Both the position numbers and the translations under genes were made by a program. A DNA stretch of 35,465 nucleotides from Acidobacteriota bacterium (GTDB lineage Bacteria > Acidobacteriota > Terriglobia > Terriglobales > Acidobacteriaceae), in the NCBI GenBank assembly GCA_021805265.1, contig JAJZFR010000271.1, forward strand, positions 1-35,465. The letters run 5' to 3'. Shown in pieces: positions 25,830 through 35,465 of this stretch. The first letter of the stretch is position 1; each line of letters starts with the position of its first letter. Under the pieces are notes generated by a model. The model was given only the letters and a program-made list of their open reading frames with translations. It was not told the origin of the DNA and ran no database searches.

Positions 25830-28800
25830 TCAATAGATATGGAGGGAAATGCTCTGCGCGGCGGCCAGCCCGTCGGCGGCAGCGGCGATGCGGATGGCGC
25901 CGCGATATGGCCGGGCGGACGGGTCCACCTGTAGCATCAGCGTCGTCGCGCCCACGCCGCCTGAAAGTGTGAGTGGATCGCTGGTCCAGGAGGCTGTGAC
26001 ACCGCTGGGCAGCCCGAAAACCGTTAGCCGAACCGGATCGAGGAGCGGTGCCTGGGAGGTGATCTGAACAGGAACCTGAGCTGCGCTGCCGGGCACACAT
26101 TGCAGCGAGGTGTCGGCGGCGGGAAGGGTGATTGCGAGCGAATTTGCGGGGTGGACGGCGAGCGCCACGGGCTGCATGGCGTAATAGTCCGCTCCCGAGA
26201 CGGCGTCAGTGACCGAAGACAACAGCAGCAATCGGAAGTTGCCCGGCTGGGCGGTGGGGTTTGCCGCGAGCGCGAGCGTGGCCTGCGGCTGGCCAGCCGC
26301 GTCGAGGGTGACCGCGCCCCAGTTGGCCGTGACGCCCGCGGGCAGGCCGCGGACGCTCAGGTGAATGTCGGAGAGATTGGCGGCGAGCGCAATCGAGCCA
26401 AGCAGCCGGAGGGTGGCCGTGAGGTTCAGCGCGCCGCCCGTGGCGGAATTGGTGGTCAGGCTGGCGGTGTTGGTGCTGAGCGCGAGTTGGATGGACGCGG
26501 GTTGAATGACCGCCAGGGTGGCGGGGAAGCTGGCTTCGAGTCCGTCGCCAAAGACCACGAGCGTAAGCGGGATGGGCGAGGCGGTGAGGGGCGCGGTCGG
26601 GATGGCCTGAAGCGTGAGCGTGAGCGGAGTGGATGCAGCAGCGGAGGAGGCTGGAAGTTCAAAGCGTGTCGTGCTCCAGGTGGCGACGACGCCAGCGGGC
26701 AGGCCGGAGACGCCGACGGTCATCAGCCCGGAGACGTTTTTGGCGGTGTGGACGATGACTGGAATGACCGTCGAGGCACCGGCGACAAGGGAAAATGCGC
26801 TGGATGGCGCAGAGAGGCTGAGCGAGGCGGAAGCAGGCGTGGCTACGGTGAGAGTGGGCGTGGCGATGGCCTGGAGATTGTCGCCGCTGGCGAGGATGCG
26901 CAGGGGAGCATTGCTGACAACCGGCGCGCTGGTGGCGGCGGAGAGCGTCAGAGTGACGGCGCTCGAGGCCGCCGTGTTGGCGGGTGGGGTGATGGTCGAT
27001 TGGCTCCAGGTGGCGATCACGCCGCCGGGGAGTCCGGTGACGCTCAGCGTGACCGGGCCGGAGTAGACGCCGCCGGTCGCGATGGTGAGGACGACCGAGG
27101 TCGATCCGCCCTGGAGCACGGTGAGCGCACTGGCCGAGGCGGTGAGGCTGAGCGCGGGCGCGGGCTGGAGGGTGAGCGCGACGGAGACAGTCTGTTTGGC
27201 GCTGCCGCCGACCCCGACGATGGTGATCGAGCCTGTTCCCGACGCGGAGTTTGTACTCGCTGTTACCGTCACCGTCGCGCTCTGGCCCGGCGTGATGGTT
27301 GCGGGCTGAAAGCTGAGCGTAATGCCGGCTGGTGCTGTGCCCGAAAGCGCGATGGGTCCGGTGTAACCGCTGGTCGAGCCGGCGGCGATGGTGAAGGTTG
27401 CGCTGCGCCCGGCGACCAGCGTGAGCGCCGAGACGGAGGGCTTGAGGGTGAAGGATTCGGGAATGCCCGCCGGGTTGAAGACCCAATTATCGACCAGCTC
27501 GAGGGCATCGACGGAGCCAAGCCCGGTGGCGAGGTTATAGAGTGTGCCCGAGGCGGAGTAGCCATTGACGCCGGGGACGGAGTTATTGCCGCCAAGCGTG
27601 GTGTGAAAGGGATCGATGGGAGCGGTGAGCATGGCGTAGAGGCCGGGATTGGCCGATCCCTGACCGATCCCGTTCTGCCGCTCGGTAACGAGGGCCAGGA
27701 TGGCGGCAAAGGTGGGCGACGCGGCTGAGGTGCCGGAGAAGACGTACCAGGAGGCGTTGAGGCAGGCCAGATAGCCGTCATGCTCGGCGGCGGTCAGGGC
27801 CACGTCGGGCACAGCGCGCATGCCGTTGCTGTTCGCTCCGGGAACGCCCACCTGCCACGGCGGCTGAGGGTAGACCGTGCTGACGCCGCCGCCCGAGGCC
27901 CAAAGCTGGGAGCCGCCGTTGGTGCCGCTTTCGTTCCAGACAACCTCGGGAATGTAGCCGAGGGCCGAGGAGTTGCCCGGCCCGTCGGTGGGGTTCCAGT
28001 AGGTGTTGTCGCCCTCGTTGAACTCGGTGCCGCCGACACAGGTGGCCCAGGGTGAGCTGCACATTCCGTTGACCGCCTGGCCGCCGCCGGAGCTGGCACT
28101 GCCCGCGCTGCAACCTGCCGCTCCGGAGTCACCCGCCGCGACAAAAGCGCTGATGCCTTCGCTGGCCGCCTGCATCCAGAGAGAGTTGTAGAAGGCCAGC
28201 TCCGTCGCGCCCATCTGGGACTCGCAGGTGGCGAAGCTGGTGCTCATGACCAGGGAGGTGAGGTTGTTGACAACGTAGGCTGCGGCCAGATCGACCCCGT
28301 CGGTGGCGGAGGTGGAGGCTGCGGCCACATAGTTGACCGTGGCCGCGGGCGCGACCGCGCCGGACCACTCGATGTCCAGCGTGGCCTCGTCCTGGTCGCC
28401 GGGCACCAGGCCCGGATCCGGTCCGTCGAGGATGACGGTGGGCGCGGGGCCGCCGGGGAGATTGGCATAGCCGCGAAACTCGGCAACGTCAGCGGGCACG
28501 ATGTTGCTGCGCCCGACGATGGCGATGGATGCGCCCGCGCCGCTGATCCCGGCGCTGTAGAGCGGGTTCAGGTCGTAGATGGTGGCGAAGTCGGCGGGAA
28601 AGAGGTAGTGCGTTGTGCCCTGGGTGTAGAGAGGATGAAGACGCGGCGGAGGCAGTGGACTGGCGCGCCCGGTGTTCCCGCTGCCCGCCGCGGGAGGGCC
28701 GCCGAGGGGAATCTCGCGGGCGATCTGGGACTGGCGCGGCAGGTCGTGGAGCGAGAGAATGCCCTCGACGACGCCCGAGAGCGCGCGGGGAATCTGCGGG

Positions 28801-29327
28801 TCCTGAGAGTTGGCGAGGTGTACCTGGCCTCCGACGGTGTAGCGATGCACCTGGACGTGAAAAGCCTCCTCGACCGCGCCCTCGGTACCGGAGAAGACGA
28901 TCATCCGTCGGCCGGACGGGACTGGCTCGACCTGAAACCCGTGGCTGGCGAGCCAGCCGGTGACGCGGGCCAGTTGCTGGTCAGGGACGCCGAAACGCCG
29001 TCCAAACTCGACCGGGCTTAGCCAGTGATGAAAGAGCTGCGATGCGGGCTGGTGCTGGGCCTGGAGCAGGAGTTCGAGCGCGCGCTCGCGGTGAGGGTCG
29101 ATCTTCAACTGGAGCACGATGCGATTGAGCCGCATCTCGGGCGCGATGGGGCCGAGATCGAACTGCGGCGCGGCCCAGCGCGGCGTGTTGCCGTAGAGCG
29201 TTACTGCGTCGCTCTCGTCAACCGGCTCCGGCGAGCGTGTTGCGCTCAGCGCGAGGGCCGGCCACAGCAGCACCAGGAGGAACGCTGCCGCCGAATGAAT
29301 TTTTCGTCCGGGTGAGATCGACGCCAC
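25830..29327 (-). CDS. Secreted S53 (sedolisin/kumamolisin) protease with pro-domain and five C-terminal beta-rich repeats
   Basis: Signal peptide; pro-domain FHHWLSPVEFGRRFG; catalytic EATLD, AAGDSG, GTSAASP; RAVPDVA; YNLATGLGS. Confidence 0.93.
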   Translation of the reverse strand: MASISPGRKIHSAAAFLLVLLWPALALSATRSPEPVDESDAVTLYGNTPRWAAPQFDLGPIAPEMRLNRIVLQLKIDPHRERALELLLQAQHQPASQLFHHWLSPVEFGRRFGVPDQQLARVTGWLASHGFQVEPVPSGRRMIVFSGTEGAVEEAFHVQVHRYTVGGQVHLANSQDPQIPRALSGVVEGILSLHDLPRQSQIAREIPLGGPPAAGSGNTGRASPLPPPRLHPLYTQGTTHYLFPADFATIYDLNPLYSAGISGAGASIAIVGRSNIVPADVAEFRGYANLPGGPAPTVILDGPDPGLVPGDQDEATLDIEWSGAVAPAATVNYVAAASTSATDGVDLAAAYVVNNLTSLVMSTSFATCESQMGATELAFYNSLWMQAASEGISAFVAAGDSGAAGCSAGSASSGGGQAVNGMCSSPWATCVGGTEFNEGDNTYWNPTDGPGNSSALGYIPEVVWNESGTNGGSQLWASGGGVSTVYPQPPWQVGVPGANSNGMRAVPDVALTAAEHDGYLACLNASWYVFSGTSAASPTFAAILALVTERQNGIGQGSANPGLYAMLTAPIDPFHTTLGGNNSVPGVNGYSASGTLYNLATGLGSVDALELVDNWVFNPAGIPESFTLKPSVSALTLVAGRSATFTIAAGSTSGYTGPIALSGTAPAGITLSFQPATITPGQSATVTVTASTNSASGTGSITIVGVGGSAKQTVSVALTLQPAPALSLTASASALTVLQGGSTSVVLTIATGGVYSGPVTLSVTGLPGGVIATWSQSTITPPANTAASSAVTLTLSAATSAPVVSNAPLRILASGDNLQAIATPTLTVATPASASLSLSAPSSAFSLVAGASTVIPVIVHTAKNVSGLMTVGVSGLPAGVVATWSTTRFELPASSAAASTPLTLTLQAIPTAPLTASPIPLTLVVFGDGLEASFPATLAVIQPASIQLALSTNTASLTTNSATGGALNLTATLRLLGSIALAANLSDIHLSVRGLPAGVTANWGAVTLDAAGQPQATLALAANPTAQPGNFRLLLLSSVTDAVSGADYYAMQPVALAVHPANSLAITLPAADTSLQCVPGSAAQVPVQITSQAPLLDPVRLTVFGLPSGVTASWTSDPLTLSGGVGATTLMLQVDPSARPYRGAIRIAAAADGLAAAQSISLHIY

Positions 29328-29527
29328 GGGATCATCCTCGAGGATCGCTTATCGCTGGCCGCTTGAAACCATGGTCATGTCTCCTATGGTGTGCGTTCTG
29401 GAGCGGCTTTGGAGGAACTTTCAGCCCGTGGAATGAGCCTGCGGTTGGGAAAGGGAATCCCTGCCGAGATCGGTGTCAAAAGTGGAATGGGACGGGATGG
29501 CTCCGGGCGCTCTGACCCAGCCGCGTC

Positions 29528-29563
29528 GCGGGGCGGGCGGCGAGGCGGGCGGCGAGGCGGGAA
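29528..29563. repeat. 12-nt GC-rich tandem repeat, about 3 copies
   Basis: GCGGGGCGGGCG GCGAGGCGGGCG GCGAGGCGGGAA, directly upstream of a TATGAT -10 box. Confidence 0.75.
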
Positions 29564-29614
29564 GCTATGATGGGTGAGTATGTTTCGCATCGGGACGGGT
29601 GCCGTGTTGTTCGG

Positions 29615-29653
29615 CAGGGTTGGCAATCAGGGTTTGCAATCAGGGTTTGCAAT
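29615..29653 (+). repeat. 13-nt tandem repeat x3 at the asnS 5' end
   Basis: CAGGGTTGGCAAT CAGGGTTTGCAAT CAGGGTTTGCAAT. Confidence 0.92.
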
Positions 29654-29672
29654 GGAGACAGGAAAGGGTGCA

Positions 29673-31028
29673 ATGACAGAGAGTTTGCATGGGGTGACGG
29701 GTTCTGGAGCGCCGGTGGTGACTATCGCCGAGATCGGACGGCACGAGGGCGAGACGGTGGTGCTGCAGGGCTGGCTCTACAACCTGCGCGAGAGCGGCAA
29801 GCTGCTGTTTCCCATCTTTCGCGACGGCACGGGAACGATTCAAGGCGTGGCCCACAAGGCGGGCGTGGCGCCGGAGGTCTTCGACGCGCTCAAGAGCCTT
29901 ACCCAGGAATCAAGCGTGGTGGTTACCGGCAAGGTGCGCACGGACAAGCGCGCCCAGGGCGGTTATGAACTCGATGTCGAGCAGGTGAGCGTGGTGCAGC
30001 GCATCGACGAGGCCGCCCCGTATCCGATCACGCCCAAGGAGCACGGCGTCGAGTTTCTGATGGAGCATCGTCACCTGTGGGTTCGCTCGCTGCGCCAGGC
30101 GGCGATCCTGCGCATCCGCGCCGAGATCATGCGCGCCGCGCAGGAGTACTTTGACTCGAATGGTTTTGTGCGCACCGATCCGCCTATTCTGACCCCCGCA
30201 GCCTGCGAAGGCACCTCGACTCTTTTCCCTGTCGATTACTTTGGCGACGAAGCGTTTCTCACCCAGAGCGGCCAGCTTTATATCGAGGCGACGGCGCTGG
30301 CTCTGGGCAAGGTGTACAGCTTCGGGCCAACTTTCCGCGCGGAAAAATCGAAGACGCGACGCCACCTGACCGAGTTCTGGATGATCGAGCCGGAGGTGGC
30401 GTACTGCGACCTGGACGGGCTGCTCGAACTGGCGGAAAACTTTCTCGCGCACATTGTGCAGAGTGTGGTTCGCCGCCGCGCCGCCGATCTTGAGACGATA
30501 GGCCGCGACATCAGCAAGCTGCGCGTGATCGAAGCGCCGTTTCCCCGCTTGAGCTACGACCGCGCGGTCGAGATGTTGAACCAGGCGTATCGCGACGGGC
30601 ACCTGGAAAACGCCTTCGAGTACGGCAACGATTTTGGCTCGCCGGATGAGACCTGGCTGAGCAGCCAGTTTGACCGCCCGGTGATGGTGCATCGCTACCC
30701 GGCGGACGTGAAGGCGTTTTATATGCAGCCGGACCCGGACAATCCCAGGTACGCGCTCTGCGTGGACGTGCTTGCGCCGGAGGGCTATGGCGAGATTATC
30801 GGCGGCTCGCAGCGCGTGGACAGCTACGAGCTGCTGAAGAGCCGGATCGAAGCGCATAAACTGCCGCTCGAAGCCTTTGAGTGGTATCTGGATCTGCGCC
30901 GCTACGGCTCGGTGCCTCACTCGGGCTTCGGGATGGGCATCGAGCGTGTGGTGGCCTGGGTCTGCGGTCTGGAACACGTTCGGGAAACGATCCCGTTTGC
31001 GCGCACGCTGAATCGGATTTTCCCGTAA
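29673..31028 (+). CDS. asnS: Asparagine--tRNA ligase
   Basis: OB-fold GW...RDGTG; LTQSGQLY; [25 protein letters not shown]; KAFYM; GEIIGGSQR; [22 protein letters not shown]. Start uncertain: 29580, 29652 and 29673 are all in frame. Confidence 0.96.
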   Translation: MTESLHGVTGSGAPVVTIAEIGRHEGETVVLQGWLYNLRESGKLLFPIFRDGTGTIQGVAHKAGVAPEVFDALKSLTQESSVVVTGKVRTDKRAQGGYELDVEQVSVVQRIDEAAPYPITPKEHGVEFLMEHRHLWVRSLRQAAILRIRAEIMRAAQEYFDSNGFVRTDPPILTPAACEGTSTLFPVDYFGDEAFLTQSGQLYIEATALALGKVYSFGPTFRAEKSKTRRHLTEFWMIEPEVAYCDLDGLLELAENFLAHIVQSVVRRRAADLETIGRDISKLRVIEAPFPRLSYDRAVEMLNQAYRDGHLENAFEYGNDFGSPDETWLSSQFDRPVMVHRYPADVKAFYMQPDPDNPRYALCVDVLAPEGYGEIIGGSQRVDSYELLKSRIEAHKLPLEAFEWYLDLRRYGSVPHSGFGMGIERVVAWVCGLEHVRETIPFARTLNRIFP

Positions 31029-31068
31029 GCCGGCCTTGATTCCAAGGGGATTCGGCTATGCTCGAAGG

Positions 31069-31767
31069 GTGAACGAACCTATACGGCCGCAATTGAATCG
31101 GCGATTTCGCTTTCTCGATACCCTGACCATCGGCTTTGTGGTGGTGTTGCTGGTGTCGAACCTGGTCGGGCCGAAGATCTGCCAGTTCGGCCCGTTGCTG
31201 GTCAGCGGTGCGCAGTTGCTGTTTCCCCTCACCTACATCTGGGGCAACGTGTTTACCGAGGTCTACGGCTACGGAGCCGCGCGGCGGGCGATCTGGATGG
31301 GCTTCTTTGGAATGGGCCTGCTTGCGGTGATGGGTCAGGTTGCCGTGCTGCTGCCACCGGCGACCGGCTGGCACGATCAACAGGCCTTTGCGCGTGTTTT
31401 TGGTCTGGTGCCGCGCTTTGCCGTGGCCAGCCTGGCGGCTTACTGGGCGGGCGAATTCACCAACAGCTACACACTCGCCAGGATGAAGCTCTGGACCGGG
31501 GGACGATACCTGTGGACGCGTACCATCAGCTCGACCGTCAGCGGCCAGCTTGTGGATACGGTAGTGGTGATTGTGATCGCCTTCTGGGGTGTCGAGACGC
31601 CCGCACATATTCTGGTCATGATTGGCTCAGCCTACGCCTTCAAGGTGGTCTATGAGGTGCTCGCCACGCCGCTCACCTACGCCGTGGTGGGCGCGCTCAA
31701 GCGAGCCGAAGGCGTGGATGCCTTCGACAGGGGAACCAATTTCAGTCCATTTGCGTTCAAGGGGTAG
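31069..31767 (+). CDS. Queuosine precursor transporter (YhhQ/VUT family)
   Basis: LLVSNLVGPKI, LLFPLTYI.GNVFTEVYG...ARRAIW.GF, ASLAAYWAGEF.NSY, LWTRTISST.SGQLVDT, ATPLTY...LKRAEG.D.FD...NFSPF. Confidence 0.92.
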   Translation: MNEPIRPQLNRRFRFLDTLTIGFVVVLLVSNLVGPKICQFGPLLVSGAQLLFPLTYIWGNVFTEVYGYGAARRAIWMGFFGMGLLAVMGQVAVLLPPATGWHDQQAFARVFGLVPRFAVASLAAYWAGEFTNSYTLARMKLWTGGRYLWTRTISSTVSGQLVDTVVVIVIAFWGVETPAHILVMIGSAYAFKVVYEVLATPLTYAVVGALKRAEGVDAFDRGTNFSPFAFKG

Positions 31768-31972
31768 GGGCGTTTCCGGGATTGGCGGCCACCTGGAAAC
31801 CTGTCGGGAAATCCGCCGCAGCAATTTTGCAGCCTTGACGTATCGGCATACATCCAACGTGTAGCCACCAGGGACATTCCGCAGGAGCTTCCTGTCGTGC
31901 CGTTGGTTTTTCTGTTCCAGAAGCCTGTTTCTCGGGTTTTCGCATTTTATCTGTTCTGCAAGCGAGGTTTTT

Positions 31973-33130
31973 TTGATAGTTGAAGATCGTACTTCTTCCC
32001 TGCTGATTTCCCATCGGATTCCGTCTTTGCGGATTGGCCTGGCTGGCCTGGCTGTTGTGGTGGGCCTGGTAGGTTTGCTGGGCCTGGCAGGCTTGACCGG
32101 TTGCAAGCCCGCGCCCGCGCCCGCACTGGCCGCCGGGGGGATGCAGGCCATGCCCGTGCAGACGCAGGTGGTAGCGCTGGCTCCGGTTGCCCAGAGCAGC
32201 GATTACGTGGCCACCATCAAGTCGCGCCGCTCGGTCACCGTGATGCCTCAGGTGAGCGGCAACCTGACAGCCATCGAGGTCCACTCGGGGGATCACGTTC
32301 GCTCGGGCCAGGTTCTGATGACCGTCGATCCGGCCAAACAGAAAGCCACCGTCGATGCCCAGGAAGCGACCGAGAAACAGAAGAAGGCGCTCTACGACTA
32401 CAACACCATCGAGATCGAGCGCCAGCGCAAGCTGTTTGCCGACGGCGTCATCAGCCGCGACGCGCTTGACCAGTCCGAACAGCTTTACCAGAACACGCGC
32501 GCCGACTGGCAGTCCGCCATCGCCAGCCGCAAGTCGCTCGAGGAGCAGCTTGCCTACTACACCATTCGCGCGCCGTTTGACGGGGTGGTCGGTGATATTC
32601 CGGTCCATCTTGGCGATTATGTGACGACCACCACGTCGCTTACCACGGTGGACGAAAACAAGGACCTCGAAGCCTACATCTACATCCCCACCGCGCGCAG
32701 CTCGGAGGTGCGCATGGGCCTGCCGGTGCAGTTGCTGGGCGGCGACGGCCAGGTGATCGAGACGACGTCGATCGATTTCCTCTCGCCCCAGGTGGACAGC
32801 CAGCTTCAGGGCATTCTGGCGAAGGCTGCGGTCCAGCCGGGAGATACGCGGCTGCGCTCGGCCCAGATGATCGAAGCGCGGGTCATCTGGAAGACCGCGC
32901 CGATGCCGATCATTCCAATTCTCTCAGTGGTGCGCCAGGGCGGCCAGAGCTTTGTCTTCGTCGTGGACACGAGCGGCGGCAATCCTTCGGCGCATCAGGT
33001 TTCGATCACCGTCGATCAGACCGTCGGCAACGACTACGCGGTTTCAAGCGGATTGAAGCCAGGCGACCGGATCATCACCTCGCGCACCCAGTTCCTGGCC
33101 GACCATATGCCGGTGATGCCCATCGGCTGA
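31973..33130 (+). CDS. RND efflux periplasmic adaptor (MFP) lipoprotein
   Basis: Lipobox LTGC; PQVSG....I.V.SGD.V..GQVL; IRAPFDGVVG; SGLKPGDRII. Exact start uncertain. Confidence 0.9.
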   Translation: MIVEDRTSSLLISHRIPSLRIGLAGLAVVVGLVGLLGLAGLTGCKPAPAPALAAGGMQAMPVQTQVVALAPVAQSSDYVATIKSRRSVTVMPQVSGNLTAIEVHSGDHVRSGQVLMTVDPAKQKATVDAQEATEKQKKALYDYNTIEIERQRKLFADGVISRDALDQSEQLYQNTRADWQSAIASRKSLEEQLAYYTIRAPFDGVVGDIPVHLGDYVTTTTSLTTVDENKDLEAYIYIPTARSSEVRMGLPVQLLGGDGQVIETTSIDFLSPQVDSQLQGILAKAAVQPGDTRLRSAQMIEARVIWKTAPMPIIPILSVVRQGGQSFVFVVDTSGGNPSAHQVSITVDQTVGNDYAVSSGLKPGDRIITSRTQFLADHMPVMPIG

Positions 33131-33190
33131 TTATTGTTCGCGGGAGTACGCGCGGAATCGTTTCGCCTCTTTCAGGAAGGACGCAATCTC

Positions 33191-35465
33191 TTGTTTGTTG
33201 ATTTCTTCATTCGCCGCCCGGTCTTCGCCACGGTCTCGGCGCTGCTGATTATTCTGGCGGGCGCGGTGTGTATTCCTACGCTGCCGATCTCGCTGTATCC
33301 GCAGCTTGCCCCGCCCGAGGTCATCGTCACCAGCTCCTACGTTGGCGCCGATGCGGAGACGGTCGAGAAGGCTGTCACCATTCCTCTCGAAGAGTCGATC
33401 AACGGCGTCGAGGGGATGCACTACATCAGCTCGGCGAGCACCAACTCCGGCGTCAGCGAAATCACGGCCACCTTCCAGACCGGCTACGATCTTTCGATCG
33501 CCGCCGTCGATGTGCAGAATCGCGTGGCCAGCGTCAGCGGTCGCCTGCCCTCGGCGGTCAACGCCGCAGGCATCACCATCACCAAGGCCAACAGCAACTT
33601 CGTCTTCGGCTCGGGATTCTATACGCGCGACAATCGCTACTCGAACGAGTTCATCTCGAATTACCTCGATGTCTATGTCAAGGACGCGTTAAAGCGCGTA
33701 CCCGGCGTGGGCGACGTGATGATCTTCGGTGAGCGCAAGTACGCGATGCGCGTCTGGCTCGACCCATCCAAGCTGGCCACGCGCGCGCTCACCGCTGCCG
33801 ACGTGGTCAGCGCGCTACAGGAGCAGAACGTCGAGGTTCCCGCAGGACAACTTGGTCAGCCGCCCTCCGATCAGAACCAGAGCTTTCAGGTGGCTGTGCG
33901 CGTGAAGGGTCGCCTCACCAGCCCTGAGGAGTTCAACAATATCGTTGTCAAAAGCAGCCCTGACGGACTGGTCTATCTGAAGGACGTGGGCCATGCCGAA
34001 CTGGGCGCAGAGGACTATAGCTCGAATCTGAAATATCAGGGCCAGGAGGCGGTCGGTATCGGCGTCCAGCAGTTGTCCAACGCCAACGCGCTCGATGTCG
34101 ATCGCCAGGCCAAAGCGGTGCTTCAGAAGCTCTCTGCAACCTTCCCGCCGGGCCTTGAATACGCCATCGCCTTCGACTCGACCACGATTGTCGGCGACTC
34201 CATCCACGAGGTACTGGTCACGCTCGCCGAGGCGATTCTCATCGTCATTGTGGTCATCTTTCTCTTCCTGCTCGACTGGCGCGCCACCATCATTCCAGCC
34301 GTCACCATTCCGGTTTCACTCATCGGAACATTCATCTTCATCAAGGCCTTCGGCTTCTCGATCAACTCGCTGACGCTGTTCGGCATCACGCTGGCGACGG
34401 GTCTCGTGGTCGATGACGCCATCGTGGTGATTGAAAACGTCCAGCGGCACATTTCGCTCGACCACTCCGACCCGCACGAAGCCACTTCGGTGGCCATGGG
34501 CGAGGTCACCAGCGCGGTGATTGCAACTTCGCTGGTGCTCATCGCCGTCTTCGTGCCGGTCTCGTTCTTCCCCGGCACCACGGGCATCCTCTATCGCCAG
34601 TTTTCGCTCACCATCGCCTTTGCGATTGCCATCTCCGCCTTCAACGCGCTCACGCTTTCGCCCGCGCTCGCGGCTATGTTTCTGCGCGGCGAGGAAGCCA
34701 AATATCACCAACTCGACGCGCTGCGCATCCCGCTGCTGGCCCGCGCCTGGAGCGCAGTGGCCCACGCCATTGACAACTTCATCACGTGGATCTCGCGCAC
34801 GTATGCCGGTTTGATTCATATTGCGCTGCGACTGCGCTACCTGCTGCTGATCGTGTTTTTCGCGGGACTCGCCGCCACCGGTTGGATGTATCTTCACGTG
34901 CCCACCGGATTCATTCCACAGGAAGATCAGGGCATGCTGATGGTCATCGTCCAGGCGCCGCCCGGAGCGTCACTCGCCGACACGACATCGATCTCTGATC
35001 GCGCCCAGCGTGTGCTCGCCACCGACCCTGATATTGCCGGCGCTTTTGCCGTCTCCGGCTTCTCGCTCGCTGGCAGTTCACCCAACGCGGGCATGATCTT
35101 CGCGGCGTTGAAGCCGGCCGACGAGAGGCGCGCCAAAGGTCACTCCGCAGCCGACATCGTTGCCAGCCTTGGCCCGCGTCTTTTCATGGTGCCAGGCGGA
35201 ACGGTGGCCATGTTCGAGCCGCCCGCCGTGCAGGGCCTCGGCTCTTTCGGCGGATTCCAGTTCATCCTCCAGGACCTCGGCCAGAACACCCTCGCCGATA
35301 TGGATCGCGTGGCCCACCAGATGATTGGCATGAGCCGGCAGAATCCTGCGCTTGGCGTCACCGGACTCTTCACCAACTTCTCCGCCAGCGACCCGCAACT
35401 GCTGGTCAACGTGGATCGCGAAAAGGCCAAGGCGCTTGGTGTCTCCTTCACCCAGATCGCCACCA
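33191..35465 (+). CDS. HAE1-family RND efflux permease (AcrB-like), truncated by the window end
   Basis: Not in the ORF track. Hand translation from TTG 33191 (AGGAAGGA upstream) gives MFVDFFIRRPVFA...LPISLYPQLAPP...INGVEGM...VQNRV...YAMRVWLDP...GLVVDDAIVVIENV...YRQFSLTI...NALTLSPAL...PTGFIPQEDQG. Confidence 0.96.
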   Translation, partial: MFVDFFIRRPVFATVSALLIILAGAVCIPTLPISLYPQLAPPEVIVTSSYVGADAETVEKAVTIPLEESINGVEGMHYISSASTNSGVSEITATFQTGYDLSIAAVDVQNRVASVSGRLPSAVNAAGITITKANSNFVFGSGFYTRDNRYSNEFISNYLDVYVKDALKRVPGVGDVMIFGERKYAMRVWLDPSKLATRALTAADVVSALQEQNVEVPAGQLGQPPSDQNQSFQVAVRVKGRLTSPEEFNNIVVKSSPDGLVYLKDVGHAELGAEDYSSNLKYQGQEAVGIGVQQLSNANALDVDRQAKAVLQKLSATFPPGLEYAIAFDSTTIVGDSIHEVLVTLAEAILIVIVVIFLFLLDWRATIIPAVTIPVSLIGTFIFIKAFGFSINSLTLFGITLATGLVVDDAIVVIENVQRHISLDHSDPHEATSVAMGEVTSAVIATSLVLIAVFVPVSFFPGTTGILYRQFSLTIAFAIAISAFNALTLSPALAAMFLRGEEAKYHQLDALRIPLLARAWSAVAHAIDNFITWISRTYAGLIHIALRLRYLLLIVFFAGLAATGWMYLHVPTGFIPQEDQGMLMVIVQAPPGASLADTTSISDRAQRVLATDPDIAGAFAVSGFSLAGSSPNAGMIFAALKPADERRAKGHSAADIVASLGPRLFMVPGGTVAMFEPPAVQGLGSFGGFQFILQDLGQNTLADMDRVAHQMIGMSRQNPALGVTGLFTNFSASDPQLLVNVDREKAKALGVSFTQIAT

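Noticed and set aside
31029-31068. preQ1 riboswitch upstream of the Q transporter
   Set aside because: No preQ1 stem-loop or A-rich tail; the region looks like a promoter for a leaderless transcript.

Overview
This is a chromosomal window from a GC-rich bacterium, most likely Acidobacteriota (Acidobacteriaceae-like); the assignment is inferred from gene order and protein style, not from a search. Left to right: the 5' part of valS (minus strand, runs off the window); a lower-GC Wzy-dependent exopolysaccharide cassette (wza-like, SGNH protein, wzy-like, wzc, wzx) with no glycosyltransferase; an orphan ribbon-helix-helix protein and a GAF-EAL c-di-GMP phosphodiesterase; a frameshifted NTF2/SnoaL-like gene; a stand-alone MmeI-family (Type IIL) restriction-modification fusion; the core block hemE-hemH, tRNA-Pro(GGG), yggX, ispE, tRNA-Gln(TTG), prs, rplY, pth, rpsF, rpsR, rplI; a GT4 glycosyltransferase; a large S53 sedolisin with five C-terminal repeats; asnS; a queuosine-precursor transporter; and an RND efflux adaptor plus permease (runs off the window). 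No transposase, integrase or CRISPR array was seen. I cannot demonstrate a new system from sequence alone. The best leads are (i) the EAL/RHH pair converging on the EPS cassette, with two poly-C tracts in the RHH gene, (ii) long structured spacers in the ribosomal-protein operon, including a duplicated hairpin before rplY, (iii) the lone MmeI-like enzyme, and (iv) repeated signatures of leaderless mRNAs.
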